A stretch of 64,000 bases of DNA from Catajapyx aquilonaris (lineage: Eukaryota): positions 1-64,000 of the forward strand of contig KZ538428.1 in NCBI GenBank assembly GCA_000934665.2, written 5' to 3'. Below are positions 52,232-63,407 of this stretch, in pieces. Both the position numbers and the translations under genes were made by a program. A model generated the notes under the pieces. It saw only the letters and a program-made list of their open reading frames with translations, searched no databases and was not told the origin of the DNA. Positions within the stretch are counted from its first letter, which is position 1, and each line of letters opens with the position of its first letter.

Positions 52232-52533
52232 TGCTTTGCTCAAATAGTTGGTCGCAGGTCTCATAGGGTTTATACTTCAGGCACACTGTTAGACTGTACC
52301 AAGGGACTTGCAAAATACACTTATACATGGAACTAAGGAGACCCTCTATTAGTAGTGCTACCAGGCCCCGTGGATCCTTAAACTGGCACTGGACTGTAGC
52401 TAATACAGTTGAATCCGGATATAACAGACTTCAAAGGACCGTGAGAATTGGTCAGTATAATAACCAAGTTCTGTTATAGCCAAATACACAAACCAGATTT
52501 TAAAATATGCTGGGACCACCTTTTCGAGTCAGT

Positions 52534-52538
<5 letters not shown>

Positions 52539-52614
<76 letters not shown>

Positions 52615-52945
52615 TGATTGGGTATTCGGCTAGCCCCAGAGGGGCCTTCTGCCAGACCTTTATTATGATGGTATACAATTTTGGAATCCTATTTTTGAAG
52701 CGCCCGGGCCCACAGGCGGGATGACAGGAGGGGATGTGCAAAGTGCAGTGAATCTGACGCTGTGGCCATTTTTAGTGAGCTCCCCCGGGTGGTTTAGTCT
52801 GTAGGAAATACCACCCGAGACGAAGCCAGAGGTGACCCTGAACTCTGCACGAGATGAAGGGGGTGTCCCCGGGCTGGGATCGAACCCGGGACCTTAACAT
52901 CCGTGGGCGCGCACGTTACCGCGGCGCCACTCCGTCTCCCCTCAA
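52539..52945 (-). mobile_element. SINE family B
   Basis: B box GGTTCGATCCC; long (TTA)n tail; 13-bp TSD GAGTCAGTTATAA. Confidence 0.93.
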
Positions 52946-52976
52946 GAGTCAGTTATAACTGTAAGCCTGTTATAGC

Positions 52977-53335
52977 GGGGAGGTGTGGTGGCCAAGATGG
53001 TAACGTCTCGGCTTGCTGAGTGAAAGGTCCCTGGTTTGATCCTCGCCTGGGAGTTCCCTTTCGCCTGCGTTGGGAGGGTTTCTGACCCGTACCTTGGAGG
53101 TGTCTGGCAACCTAACCTCCTGGGGAACAGCACATGACCCATTTGTCGGTTGGTATCGCACTAGCACCTACACGTTATTCCCGCCCCAACAATCCCTATT
53201 CTTACCCATTGTCCTTGATTTCCCTGCACCGATGTTTGAAGAAAATAAAAAATTCTCAGAAAAATTCAAAAATGGTTGTGTAATCAACCCTCATAAAAGG
53301 GCTCTGTCCCTCTAATGGGGTTAAAAATTAGAGTA
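52977..53335 (+). mobile_element. SINE family A
   Basis: Family A head and body; TSD TGTTATAGC. Confidence 0.9.
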
Positions 53336-54560
53336 TGTTATAGCCAAGGCTGTTATATCCGAATTCAATTGTAATAGCCTAATTTCGGTAATATTTTATC
53401 AATGAAATGGTTAATTTCGAACAATTTTATCTCCCAAACAATCAGCAAAGTGGGGATAGTGAAAGTAACAATCGCTTGGTGTACTCTACAATGCACTGTA
53501 GTACTGTACATGCAGATTATTGCCACACACTATAATTGAAAAGAGCATACTGTATACCAGTATATGGTATTAGATACGGTATTAGATTCGGAAAACGTAT
53601 GGTGTGCCTTTTCGATAGCCTATTCATGCATTTCAATTTCAGGCAAATATCAAGTCATGAAAGGCTAATGTAAGTGAAAACCCCACCTCATACAGGCATA
53701 CCTCATGTAGACCAACATGCCGGTATAGCCACCAGATCATGAATGTCTAAAAACTGGTCGACCTCGATTACACTGTCATGCAGCTTTATGTGAGGTACTA
53801 CAGTACTACCTAGGGGATGACCGCTGAGTGTTGATGGACATGTAAGCAGAATGACAGAATTAGGATTTTAATGGTGTGATGCCCAGGCATTTTATTTTTC
53901 CATAATGTTAATCATGCTTAATTTTGGTTTTCCCAGATCTCTATGAAACATTTACATGAGACACTCACATGAGTACTGTGGAAGTGATATTTTATTAACA
54001 CTCCATATTATTATTGTTAAATAATCATTTAATTGTGGATAACTACATTTTTTTTCAAGCAAAACCAGATAGACCTCAACCGACCTCCAGATTAGTGGCT
54101 AAACTATAATTATCAATCCATGATTTTCAAAACTTACATTTAAAAATTTATAGCCTAAAAATGCCATTTCATGACTCCCCCCTGATCCAATTAACAGCCA
54201 TTAGGTAATTACAATTAAACTAAATTTCACATAAATGTAATTATTTATGTATTATGTACCGGTATCTACGTAATTGATTATTAATCTCGTAATTGATTAA
54301 TCATGCAATTTTATGCAAAAGTACCAAAATGACAGCATGAATTAGCATCTGGCAATGATTGTCAGAGGCTGCTATTTCCATTTGGTCGTTGCTGATAACA
54401 GCAACTTTAATATCAGATTTGTGACAGGCCTGACATTAAAATTTAATATTGAAACATTGCTGGTTGCCTGAATTTTGGGTAATATATTATGCCCATAATT
54501 TTGCCTGACACATTTTTGCCATATTCTGAAAAGAAGATAACTTAAAAGTGTTGGATCATT

Positions 54561-54915
54561 ATTATTTTTATTTTATTATTTTTATTTTTATTACCCCGTG
54601 ATGTCCCTTACGGGAGCTATAGGGGGTGGCATACCACCATCAGTTTTCCGTATTTCTTCAATCTCCATGCAAGGACTTGTTCAGGATATAGGGTAGGGAA
54701 AGGGATTGTTGGGGAGGGGACACTTGTGCAAGTGCATTGTCCTAGCCTTTGGGCCATGTGCAGTCCCCCAGGAGGTTAGGTTGCCAGACACCTCCTTGGT
54801 GCAGGTCAGAGACCCTCCCGACGCAGGTGAAAGGAAGTTCCCCAGGCGGGGATCGAACCTGGGGCCTTTCACTCAGCAAGCCGAGACGTTACCATCTCGG
54901 CCACCACACCTCCCC
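54561..54915 (-). mobile_element. SINE family A
   Basis: Family A head and body; TSD AGTG(T/C)TGGAT(C/T)ATT. Confidence 0.92.
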
Positions 54916-55482
54916 AGTGCTGGATTATTTGTGGTGCTCATTCTGTTTACATATTCATAAGTGCATGAAAACAATTATTAAAAGCATGTACTCACATATC
55001 AATTGAAAGACCATTAGTTGGCTTTCCAGTAGTGTGTGTAACTCCATGCTGCACTATGGTAGTGTGATACACTCGGTGCATGTTTCCACCTGACATTAAT
55101 CTAAGCATTCTGAGTATACAACATAACTTATATGTAAATCATGCATGTCCATCATCTGTGTAAAACATGTCTTCATCCAGTGAATCTCATAAGACTGTCT
55201 CTTACTGGGCCACCTGAAAAGTATGTTGCAAACGGATGAGGGCGGGCAATAATAAAAAGGGGTTATGGCTTAAGAGATCTTTCTATTCATGATTAATATT
55301 GTCCTGCTTCCACATAAATTTGAACAGCATGGCATGACACAATGCCATGTAACAATTCTTAGCAGTGACAATGGTCCACTCTGAACAAAATGCGACAAAT
55401 ATTAAAGCACATGCTGCACACTCAGTGGAAAGATAAGAAAATACAATAATGCCCAATCTAAGCGATTACTGTTAGGGACAGA

Positions 55483-56455
55483 TTAGGTCGTGAGATCGAT
55501 AACTTGCTGATAGCCTGCGTAATGTCTGGGCCTACACACTGCCTCAGCTGCAAGGAGCACCTGGACCTGGACCTGGACCAAGCTGAGGAGGGTCTCGCAG
55601 GAGATGAAGGCAAACCTTATTGTAAGATTCCTGATGGTGGTGTGGGCTAATGAAATGGGGGTGGCAAAAGCAACGTGTACCAGGTTCAGTGTCTTCAGAT
55701 TCCTTGCAATGTTTTGCATTGACAGGAGGGTCAGGATGAGATGAAGGGTCAACCTGTACGGCTGTTCATCTTCTCTATGGTCAGGCATCGAAGGTTTGAC
55801 ACTTGTCCAATCCCTAGAAGCACACTGGACGAACCTTTCAGTGTGGAACCTTGCAAGTGCAGCTCTTCGAGGTGGGGGAAGTTCAGTAGACACATCGTCA
55901 TGTCGGCGACTGATTTTTGGATTCCCATTGACAGCTTCCGGATTTGACTTCCGGCTAAGAGGAGAGTGCCCGGAGGAGCGTGCCACCATCAGCCGTGCTG
56001 ATGGGCAGTTCGGCCAAGTTCGTCCAGGTGTGCTTCGAACCGAATGGACAGCAAGACTGTGAACAACTGAATACTGAACGTCCAGTCAATCGTGATGGCT
56101 GACAATAACAATACTGTACAATGATTGGCTGGATGTTCACAGTGTTGCTGTCCATTCGGTTCGATTAGTCTTTGTTGTTGTAAGTGGAAAATTTAAATTA
56201 CTGTTTTTTAAATCATTGTTGCGTACATGATGTTCAAAATGTCCCACAAATGTCCAGTCCTTTCTAGACAGCGATGTGAGCGCACCTTCAGAACAGTTAC
56301 GTTCGTCAGCCGCATCAACGCGCCCTGCCACAGAATCCAAGACGGCGACAAATTGGCGTTCGAAGACCACACAGTTGGACTCTTCTTCTTCTTCACGTTT
56401 CAAGCGGGGTTTGGGCTCCTTTTTTTTGGTTCCTTTTGGGAAGAGGCACCCCCAT
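55483..56455 (-). pseudogene. Frameshifted intronless leucine-rich-repeat (F-box/LRR-like) gene
   Basis: Joined across frameshifts: TLLRAL/LLAGSQIRKLSM...NFPHLEELHLQG...SNLRCLTIEK/...ARNLKTLNLVH...TIRNLTIR, showing LxxLxL repeats; interrupted by a small MITE. The F-box itself is not clearly seen and the 5' end is uncertain. Confidence 0.6.
56035..56164. mobile_element. Small MITE inside the LRR pseudogene
   Basis: TCGAACCGAATGGACAGCAAGACTGTGAACA ... TGTTCACAGTGTTGCTGTCCATTCGGTTCGA. Confidence 0.8.
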
Positions 56456-56616
56456 GGCATCAACAGTGACCCTGGACATGTTGTTCGAAGCAACGCTGTA
56501 CAACAGGAGGCTTCTGGAAGGACTGGTCGCACGATGGGACGCCTGGGAGGAAAAGATCATGGCCAAGCTGGAAGCATGGCATCGCGCTCGGGAGGACGGA
56601 ACACAAGGCCAGGACG
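56454..56616 (+). CDS. Unknown spliced gene, coding exon 1 (coiled-coil-like)
   Basis: MASTVTLDMLFEATLYNRRLLEGLVARWDAWEEKIMAKLEAW...; donor GAC G|gtaagg, phase 1. Confidence 0.6.
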
Positions 56617-56850
56617 GTAAGGAAGGGAAGAAAAAAAGACATGCTGCACGGACATCATACCAGAGGGCAGAGGCCCTCGGAAACATATATACAAAACTCC
56701 GCTGCATTACATTTTGCAGTATTTCTGCCAAACTCGGCCAAACTGTCACGTTGAACAAACAACGGGGTTGAATTCATTGATTCCAAGTAGCAGCGGAACC
56801 CACTCTTCGCACGGCCTGCTTCAATTGCGCCTTTAAAGTACTGCAATGTC

Positions 56851-57099
56851 ATTACTATGGCAACAAAGGCATCACCATGGCAACAACAGAGCGGGTTGCC
56901 ACGGCAACAGGCCATGTTCCGTTGTTGCCATGGCGATGTGATCAATAAGCATCTCCGGGGCAACCAAACTGGGGCAAACATGGCCTCTCCTGACGACCGG
57001 GATTGAAGGTGTCAAATGACGGTGTGACAAGAAGTTGTACACAGGCTGATTAATATTAAAGTGCATGTACTACAATTGATGACGAAGTTGCCGGGCAAT
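56851..57099. promoter_or_regulatory. Cluster of RFX X-box-like motifs
   Basis: ATTACTATGGCAAC 56851, ATCACCATGGCAAC 56871, GTTGCCACGGCAAC 56895, GTTGCCATGGCGAT 56924, ATCTCCGGGGCAAC 56951, GTTGCCGGGCAAT 57087. Confidence 0.72.
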
Positions 57100-57284
57100 G
57101 ATATTGCACCAACGAAATTACCGATCGTTAGCACACGTTAAAAGGTCTCAGACTGACGATGCATTAGGATCTGTCGGATCGGTAATTTCGGTTGGTGCGA
57201 TCAGGCATGGAGCGGAATGGGAAATTATGCTCACTGCAGTTCTTTGGATTTTGCGAGTGACGTGTTGCGTCTCCTCTGTTTCAG

Positions 57285-57412
57285 AGGTGGCTACGAGGAA
57301 GCTTCTTTCCGACAGGTTCGTTTCGGTCAACAAGAAGGATGAATGCTTCGAGCCAATCGTTTCCATCAAAGTGGAACAGGACCCCTCGGAATCGGAGGCG
57401 GATAAGTCGCAG
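57285..57412 (+). CDS. Unknown spliced gene, coding exon 2
   Basis: ctcctctgtttcag|AG ... CAG|gtaaga; phase 1 to 0; EVATRKLL...IVSIKVEQDPSESEADKSQ (IKVE is a SUMO consensus site). Confidence 0.68.
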
Positions 57413-57704
57413 GTAAGAGTGCTGCAGTGCTCTAGAGGTGAACAAGGCAGAAGCCAATTCTATTAACCCTGGAACCGTGGCGTATGCATTAAAATTACAA
57501 TTACAATGAACTGTTTGCCATTTTTTGAAAGTATATAACAGGAAGTGCATGTTGTTATTATTTTTTAAATTATTTATTATCCCATTTCTTAGGTACATAC
57601 CTATTTTGGGGGGGAGTTGCCTCTAGTAGGGTTACAATTCTGAGGACACATTTTGAGGACATAGATCGAGACAAATTACGTGTTACATACTGACACTTTT
57701 ATCC

Positions 57705-60700
57705 TTAATGTTGTACTATATGGCAATTAACCAATTTACAGTCAGAGTAAGTAGAAAAAAAAAGAAAAAGAAAAAGCCTGGGCAGAAATGTATATATTTT
57801 GGAGCATAAAATAAAGTAAAGTAATCGCCCTTTGGAGTGGACCGGCCCAGTGATCAAGAGATGTGATATTTTAATTTTCATCTCAATGCCACAAAAGATG
57901 ACATTTTTGTGGAGCGTCAGAAAGAAAAGGTGAAGGGAGTAAATGTTCATTTTTGTTAGGTCGCCAAAAATTATGTGTATCAAATCCAGGGAGACCAGTG
58001 GAATTTCCGCTAAGTGCTTTCGTCGTGCCCCCAAGATGATGCTGCATTCGTAAAGTAAATGGTGTAAGGAGGTAGGGCTTTGTATAGAGCATACGGAACA
58101 GTAATCATCATCATTAAAATTTATCCTGCTTGTCCTTATTCCAAAGCCATCCGATTTATTTCTCAGATTGATTGCTAGCCTTGTCATTTCAATTGGTAGA
58201 TTAAAGTCATTAAACTGTAAATATGGAGCTGGAGCAAGTCCATTATAATAGTCCTTGTAATATGAATATCTTGAAGATTTCTCATATGCAAGGAAATCCA
58301 ATTGAATAGAGTGGTCTATTAAGGTTTGTATTAATATATTTGGATTAACACTGCCAGGATCATTGAGCCAGCAATCCACGTCCGCACCCATGTTGCGGAA
58401 TAGTTTCCCTAAGTTCCACATCCACGGGATTTGGCTTGAGGAGGGAGATTTTAAATAAGATAAGGCTTGATGTAACGGTAGACTTGGGTCCTGACAGTAT
58501 ATTTTAACAATCAACTTGCTTCGGTGGCTGTGTTTATCGGAAGTGTAAAAAATTTTCTGATAAAAAAAGATTGAACCTTTTCAACCTCCAACAAATAGGC
58601 TAGTGACCAGATCGAAGCGGCGTATAATGCGGCTGTAATGATTTGCTCGTTGAATAGTTTCATGGCATGTGTAAACTTACGTATTTTTAACTTCATTAGC
58701 GTCGGCCAAAGCGCATTTGTAAGTGCGGTGCCTTTCGTACACACGCTATCAAGGATAGCTCTAAATGATCCTGACGCTGAGAAAATAAACCCTAAATACC
58801 TATATCGGGAGCATATTTCTATATGATGTTGTTGGTGCCAATGGAATTGTATTTCGTGGGGTAACCTACCTTTCCTGTGAAATACCATAATTTTAGGTTT
58901 GTTTAAATTGATAGTTAATCCTTTAGCATCTAAATAATTTGCTAATCTGTCCAAGGATCTTTGAAGATAAATTTGTTGGTCGGCCGAAAGCACTAAATCG
59001 TCCGCAAATTGTAAACAGTGCAGGTCTTTCGTATTTGGACCAAAATTAACTCCTGGAATATCATTGTTGTCCCAGAGTTCAGCTATATCCGCTAAAAATA
59101 GATTGAATAGTATAGGTGATAGTCTCTCGCCCTGTAGCACTCCTCTGGTTATTCTGATTTTTGGTCCTTCGTCGTTCCTCTTTATTGTGGCCGTCCCATA
59201 GATAGCAAGAATCAGCTGCAGAAATCTTCCTGCCAATCCCAGGGTGGTTAATTTACGGAATAATTTATCATGAGATATGTTGTCAAATGCCTTGGTTAAG
59301 TTGATGAAGGCTGTGTAGAGCTTACGATTTGGTTTGACCATGTACTTCTGAATTAAAATATTTAATGTGAATAAGTGATCCATTGTACTTCTACCAGGAC
59401 GGAAACCTCCTTGGAATTCCGGCAAAATATTCCAATCCTTTACCCATCTCCTTAATCTATCGTCCATCATAGCCGTAATTATCTTCATAATTACTGTGTT
59501 TATTAGAGCAATTGGGTGATAGCAGCCCGGATCTGTGGTGTCTCCACCTTTAAAGATCGGAATTACTAATTCTGCCGCCCACTCTTCAGGAAAAACTGAT
59601 TCTTTCAATATACTATTTATTACGGCCATGAAGGTGTTTCTCGTAGGAAGGGATAAAGTCTTCCAGAGTTAGTTTGTAATTAAATCTGGTCCAGTTGCCT
59701 TGCTTTTTTTGAGTCTAAGAAGGACATTTTCTAGCTCAATCATCTCAAAATCCTGATGTGGAGACCAAATGGGAACCTCAAACAGCAATTTGTTTGACGT
59801 TGTGTCGTAATAGTCAAACAAATAATCTAGCCATTTGTTCTGTGGTAGCTCCGTTGTTTTCATTTTAAATTGGAATTTTTTTATCGTAGGCCAGAAGTCT
59901 CTCAGACTCTTTGAGTCAAGCAACTGTTGGATGGTACTAGAAAAATACAATCTTTTTTTTGCCACTAAGCACTTTCTATGCATCCTATTGTTTTCTCGAA
60001 ATGCACATTTATCCTTATCATCTAGCAATGCTCGCCATTTCTTTAAAAGCTTTCTGGTTGTTTTTTTCATGGATTTTAGATCCCAGTTGAACCACACAGA
60101 TTTAGTCATCGCCGCAATGGGACCACCAATCTCCGTGATAAGACCAAAATCCATTAATACTCCCGAGATTGACTTTATTAGGAATTGGGCTGCATTTGTA
60201 GTCGTCATTTCGCCAACTCCGGTCCAGTCCAATTGGTCGATTGTATCATTAAGGAAAGAAAATTCTACCTTCGGCCTTATTAGTCGATTTGCTTTCATAA
60301 TAGTTTGGGGAGTGTCTGGGACTAGAACCATAAATTCTGTCACTATCGCAAAGTGGTCCGAAGCGATATTATCACTTACTCTGAAGTCACTTATTTCTTT
60401 TTGCAATGTGCGTGAACATAACGCGAGGTCAATTACACTGCTTCCCCTCTTTCCTATAAAAGTAAATTCCCCATACGGATCCGAATTTGTGGTTCCATTC
60501 AATACACACAATGAATGGTTATCTATGAATTGAATAAATCCTCTCCCCCTCTGGTTTTCTGTTTCATCTCTTGATCTTCGAATATTTAGGTTGTCAATAT
60601 CGGTCCCATAGAAAGCTATACTGGTTGATTGTAGTCTGCAATTCTAGCGTTAAATTCCCCCATAAACAGTGATCGATCCTCATAGTTTTCGCTATTTGAC

Positions 60701-61110
60701 ACCTATTCTTGTAACTTATCCAACACTGAGCGGTAATTTGGGGAGGGCAGGATATAAACTAAACCAATTGAAATTTTTCCCACTGGTGCGGGGGGGGGGG
60801 GGNNNNNNNNNNNNNNNNNNGAGCAGGGAGAGATTTATATGTAGAACAGTGAAATTCAGATCAATTGCCATTTTTCCCGGATTTAAACTGTTGTGTACCA
60901 GGAGTAGCAAACCCCCAGAATACCTGCCGACCTTTGCCGACCTTGTTGCAGGGGACTGATAAATTTTATAGTTTTTTACCTCCACCAGCTTTTTTTCATC
61001 CTGCATCCAGGTCTTGGTAAAACCATAACATCCCGGTGTAGGAAGTAAGTCCTGGAACTCCCTGATAGCCTCCTCAATACGTAGACCAGCAATATTCCAC
61101 GAGCCGCATT
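57705..61110 (-). pseudogene. LINE ORF2 (AP endonuclease, reverse transcriptase, C-terminal Cys/His motif), frameshifted
   Basis: SWNIAGL, GRYSGG, SVIDLAL, SDHFAI; QGGFRPGRSTMDHLF, LTKAFD, GVLQGERLSPILFNLF, LQFADD, YRYLG; CSVC..LHHLLYEC; split over ORFs 60716-61402, 59669-60511, 58511-59629 and 57705-58514; N gap at 60803-60820. Confidence 0.92.
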
Positions 61111-61402
61111 TATACACCTGAGTAGATAAGCTTGCACTGGTATTGGGAAGGTCGGAGACACTTGGATGGCTTGCGCCATAGGCATTGGAAACAGGAGCAC
61201 TAAAAGAATCGGACTTGGTGTGTGATTTGGGGGATAAAACTGCACCGACACTCAAGAAAAGAGACATATCGAAACTGACTCGTGGGTTAACTCTGGTTGG
61301 ATCAGGTGGACAAATCGGAATAACACATGCACTTGCACTCATCTTTGAAGATTCTGTTACACTAGGGATCACTAGAGTTAGAGGGTGAACTGAGCTGGTC
61401 AA

Positions 61403-62287
61403 TCACTTGTTTGATGATCGCACCGCTGTTGCATAGGTAGAAGTTGCTCCCGATGCTCCTTTGCTGAGTTTGCTTGTTGGCTTTGGATCCAAGGGCGATG
61501 TTGAGCTGCCCCTTTTGTTTCGAATGGTAGAATGGAGCTCGTTCTGCAATGGTTCAGCGGTGTCCTCACAACATTCGGTGTTCTGTAGGTTTTCCAATGT
61601 AATAAATCTTCCGTCTACCCGTAGTTTGTCGCGACAAATTGACGCTTTCTTGCCCATCTCCTTGCACTGCCGCACATATGGAAGCAATTTCTTTCGTATC
61701 TCACGGGTCTCGAGTGAGAAATCCTCCGAAATAGAAACTTGTGAGGACTTCAATTTGTATGCGTATCGCTTCTTCGTCTTTGTAGAAGGAGCATCTCATT
61801 GATCTCAAGATGATTGGTCTCACTCGATCCGGGATGAATCTCCCCATTCGATGGCTACGCTTGATAGGCAAATTGGGGTTGGGCGGGAGTACCCCAAGTA
61901 TTTAAAATTATAATTGCAATGAACTTTTGCCATTTTTTTACAGTATATAACAGGAAGTGCATGTTTATTCTTCAGTGCTTTAAGTTCTGTGTCCCCCCAC
62001 GATTCTTGAGGAGCCACCCCTAATATAATGATATTTTTCCTTCTGCCTCGGTCATCCATATCCACAATCTTAGATTCCAGTGCCAGAATCTTGGAGGTCG
62101 AAAACTCGAGCTGGTTTGCAAGGTCCGTCACCATGGAATGGAGCTCGTTCACCTTTTCATTCTGCTCTTCCGTCTTCTTATCCAGGATCTTCGTGAGCTC
62201 TGCCGTTACCTTCTCTGCTACCAACTCAATTGCCCCCTGAATCTTGGTATCCAGCTTCTTCTCCAAGGCTTGCAGTAGGTCAGCCAT
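61403..62287 (-). pseudogene. LINE ORF1 (coiled coil plus RRM/CTD, L1-ORF1-like), interrupted
   Basis: Coiled coil then DDRGRRKNIIILGV, IKRSHRMGR..RPIILR, ISEDFSLETREIRKKLLP, DKLRVDG; foreign patch at 61895-61971. Confidence 0.88.
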
Positions 62288-62650
62288 TTCACAGGAAGTG
62301 CATGTTTATTCTGAATTAGCGATCATTTTAGGCATTGTTCAAAGAATTATTGTATATAGTCAATAGATTGAAAAGTATTATATGAAAATTAATAAAAATT
62401 AAAATATGGCGTGGGGTCCTAAAAGACCCCACGCACGGTTCCCTTAACTTTCAGGCACGGCACGGTTCCAGGGTTAATAACAGCATAATATAGCACAACA
62501 ATTTTTACGTTTGGATCACGATCTGATTGGTTACACTGTTGCAACATATGTCATAATGTGATAGAGCGCTAGAAAATTCTGAACTACAATCGACAATATC
62601 TTGGCATACCCTATATTGTATTGTATTTATTGATTTATTCTGTTTTACAG

Positions 62651-62732
62651 GGGAGCACGTACGATGACCTGGCACAGGAGACAGCCCAAAACATCAGTGC
62701 AATTTCCAACATTTTACGGCAACGATCTAAGG
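62651..62732 (+). CDS. Unknown spliced gene, coding exon 3
   Basis: ctgttttacag|GGG ... AAG G|gtaatt; phase 0 to 1; GSTYDDLAQETAQNISAISNILRQRSK. Confidence 0.62.
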
Positions 62733-62790
62733 GTAATTGGAAGCTGGGTAGACATAATTATGATAAAATACTGATACCCCTGCAGTTGAA

Positions 62791-63204
62791 AGGGACACGC
62801 CATTCAAAAAACAAGTTTGGCTCTAAAAATTGGGCAAAAAATCCTGAATCCGAATGTGCAATCTGTTTTTCGCTACACGGAAAGGTAATCCCAGGGCGAT
62901 GGGTCAAAGTCGGGAAATTCAAATAGTGCGCAAGAAGCTGGCCGTCCGCTAGCGACGCCCTCGGGACCTTCGGAACGGGGGGGCTGCTTCCGCCTGCCCG
63001 CGCGCTTAGGGCCATCCCAGAGCAGTGCAGCCCTCCAGTTCCCCTGTTCCCCGCGTGGCGGTGCCGCTCATTAGCAGACGACACACGTTGACACCTCGCC
63101 CTGGGATTACCGTTCTGCGTAGCAAAAGATGGATTGCACCTTCGGATTCAGGATTTTCCCCCCGATTTTTAGAGCCAAACTTGTTTTTTGAGTGGAGTGT
63201 CCCT
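62791..63204. mobile_element. Kolobok-like MITE
   Basis: (TGAA)|AGGGACACGCCATTCAAAAAACAAG ... CTTGTTTTTTGAGTGGAGTGTCCCT|TTAA; ~115-bp arms. Confidence 0.8.
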
Positions 63205-63407
63205 TTAAGGACTCATCACATGTATTGGACTTTTAATGGTTTGAGTCAAAAGGGTCAGTTATTTTATGATTCATGCCTAATGGCCATGTATAGTTGCGAT
63301 CAAAGTTCATTGATGAGCGTGTTACTGGTTGATAAATCAGATGTTAAAAATCCTGTTCATAGCCTAGTCTTGTATGTAAAGAATTTCATAATCTCATGTT
63401 TCTGCAG

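Larger units (their letters stand above)
52406..53371. mobile_element. Tigger-like MITE hosting two SINEs
   Basis: TA|CAGTTGAATCCGGATATAACAG ... CTGTTATATCCGAATTCAATTG|TA. Confidence 0.85.
57554..62290 (-). mobile_element. Non-LTR retrotransposon (LINE), RTE-X-like; near full length but disrupted
   Basis: ORF1 plus ORF2 (APE-RT-zinc knuckle), A-rich tail, 16-bp TSD ACAGGAAGTGCATGTT (57538-57553 / 62291-62306). Clade inferred from the LNG..D..GEFTF motif and domain layout, not from a tree. Confidence 0.93.
57467..62473. mobile_element. piggyBac-type MITE split by the LINE (arms 57467-57553 and 62291-62473)
   Basis: TTAA|CCCTGGAACCGTG ... CACGGTTCCAGGG|TTAA; uninterrupted relative at 63768-64000. 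Confidence 0.88.

Noticed and set aside
57098..57466. 122-aa single-exon ORF
   Set aside because: Only 57285-57412 is bounded by good splice sites; better explained as an internal exon.
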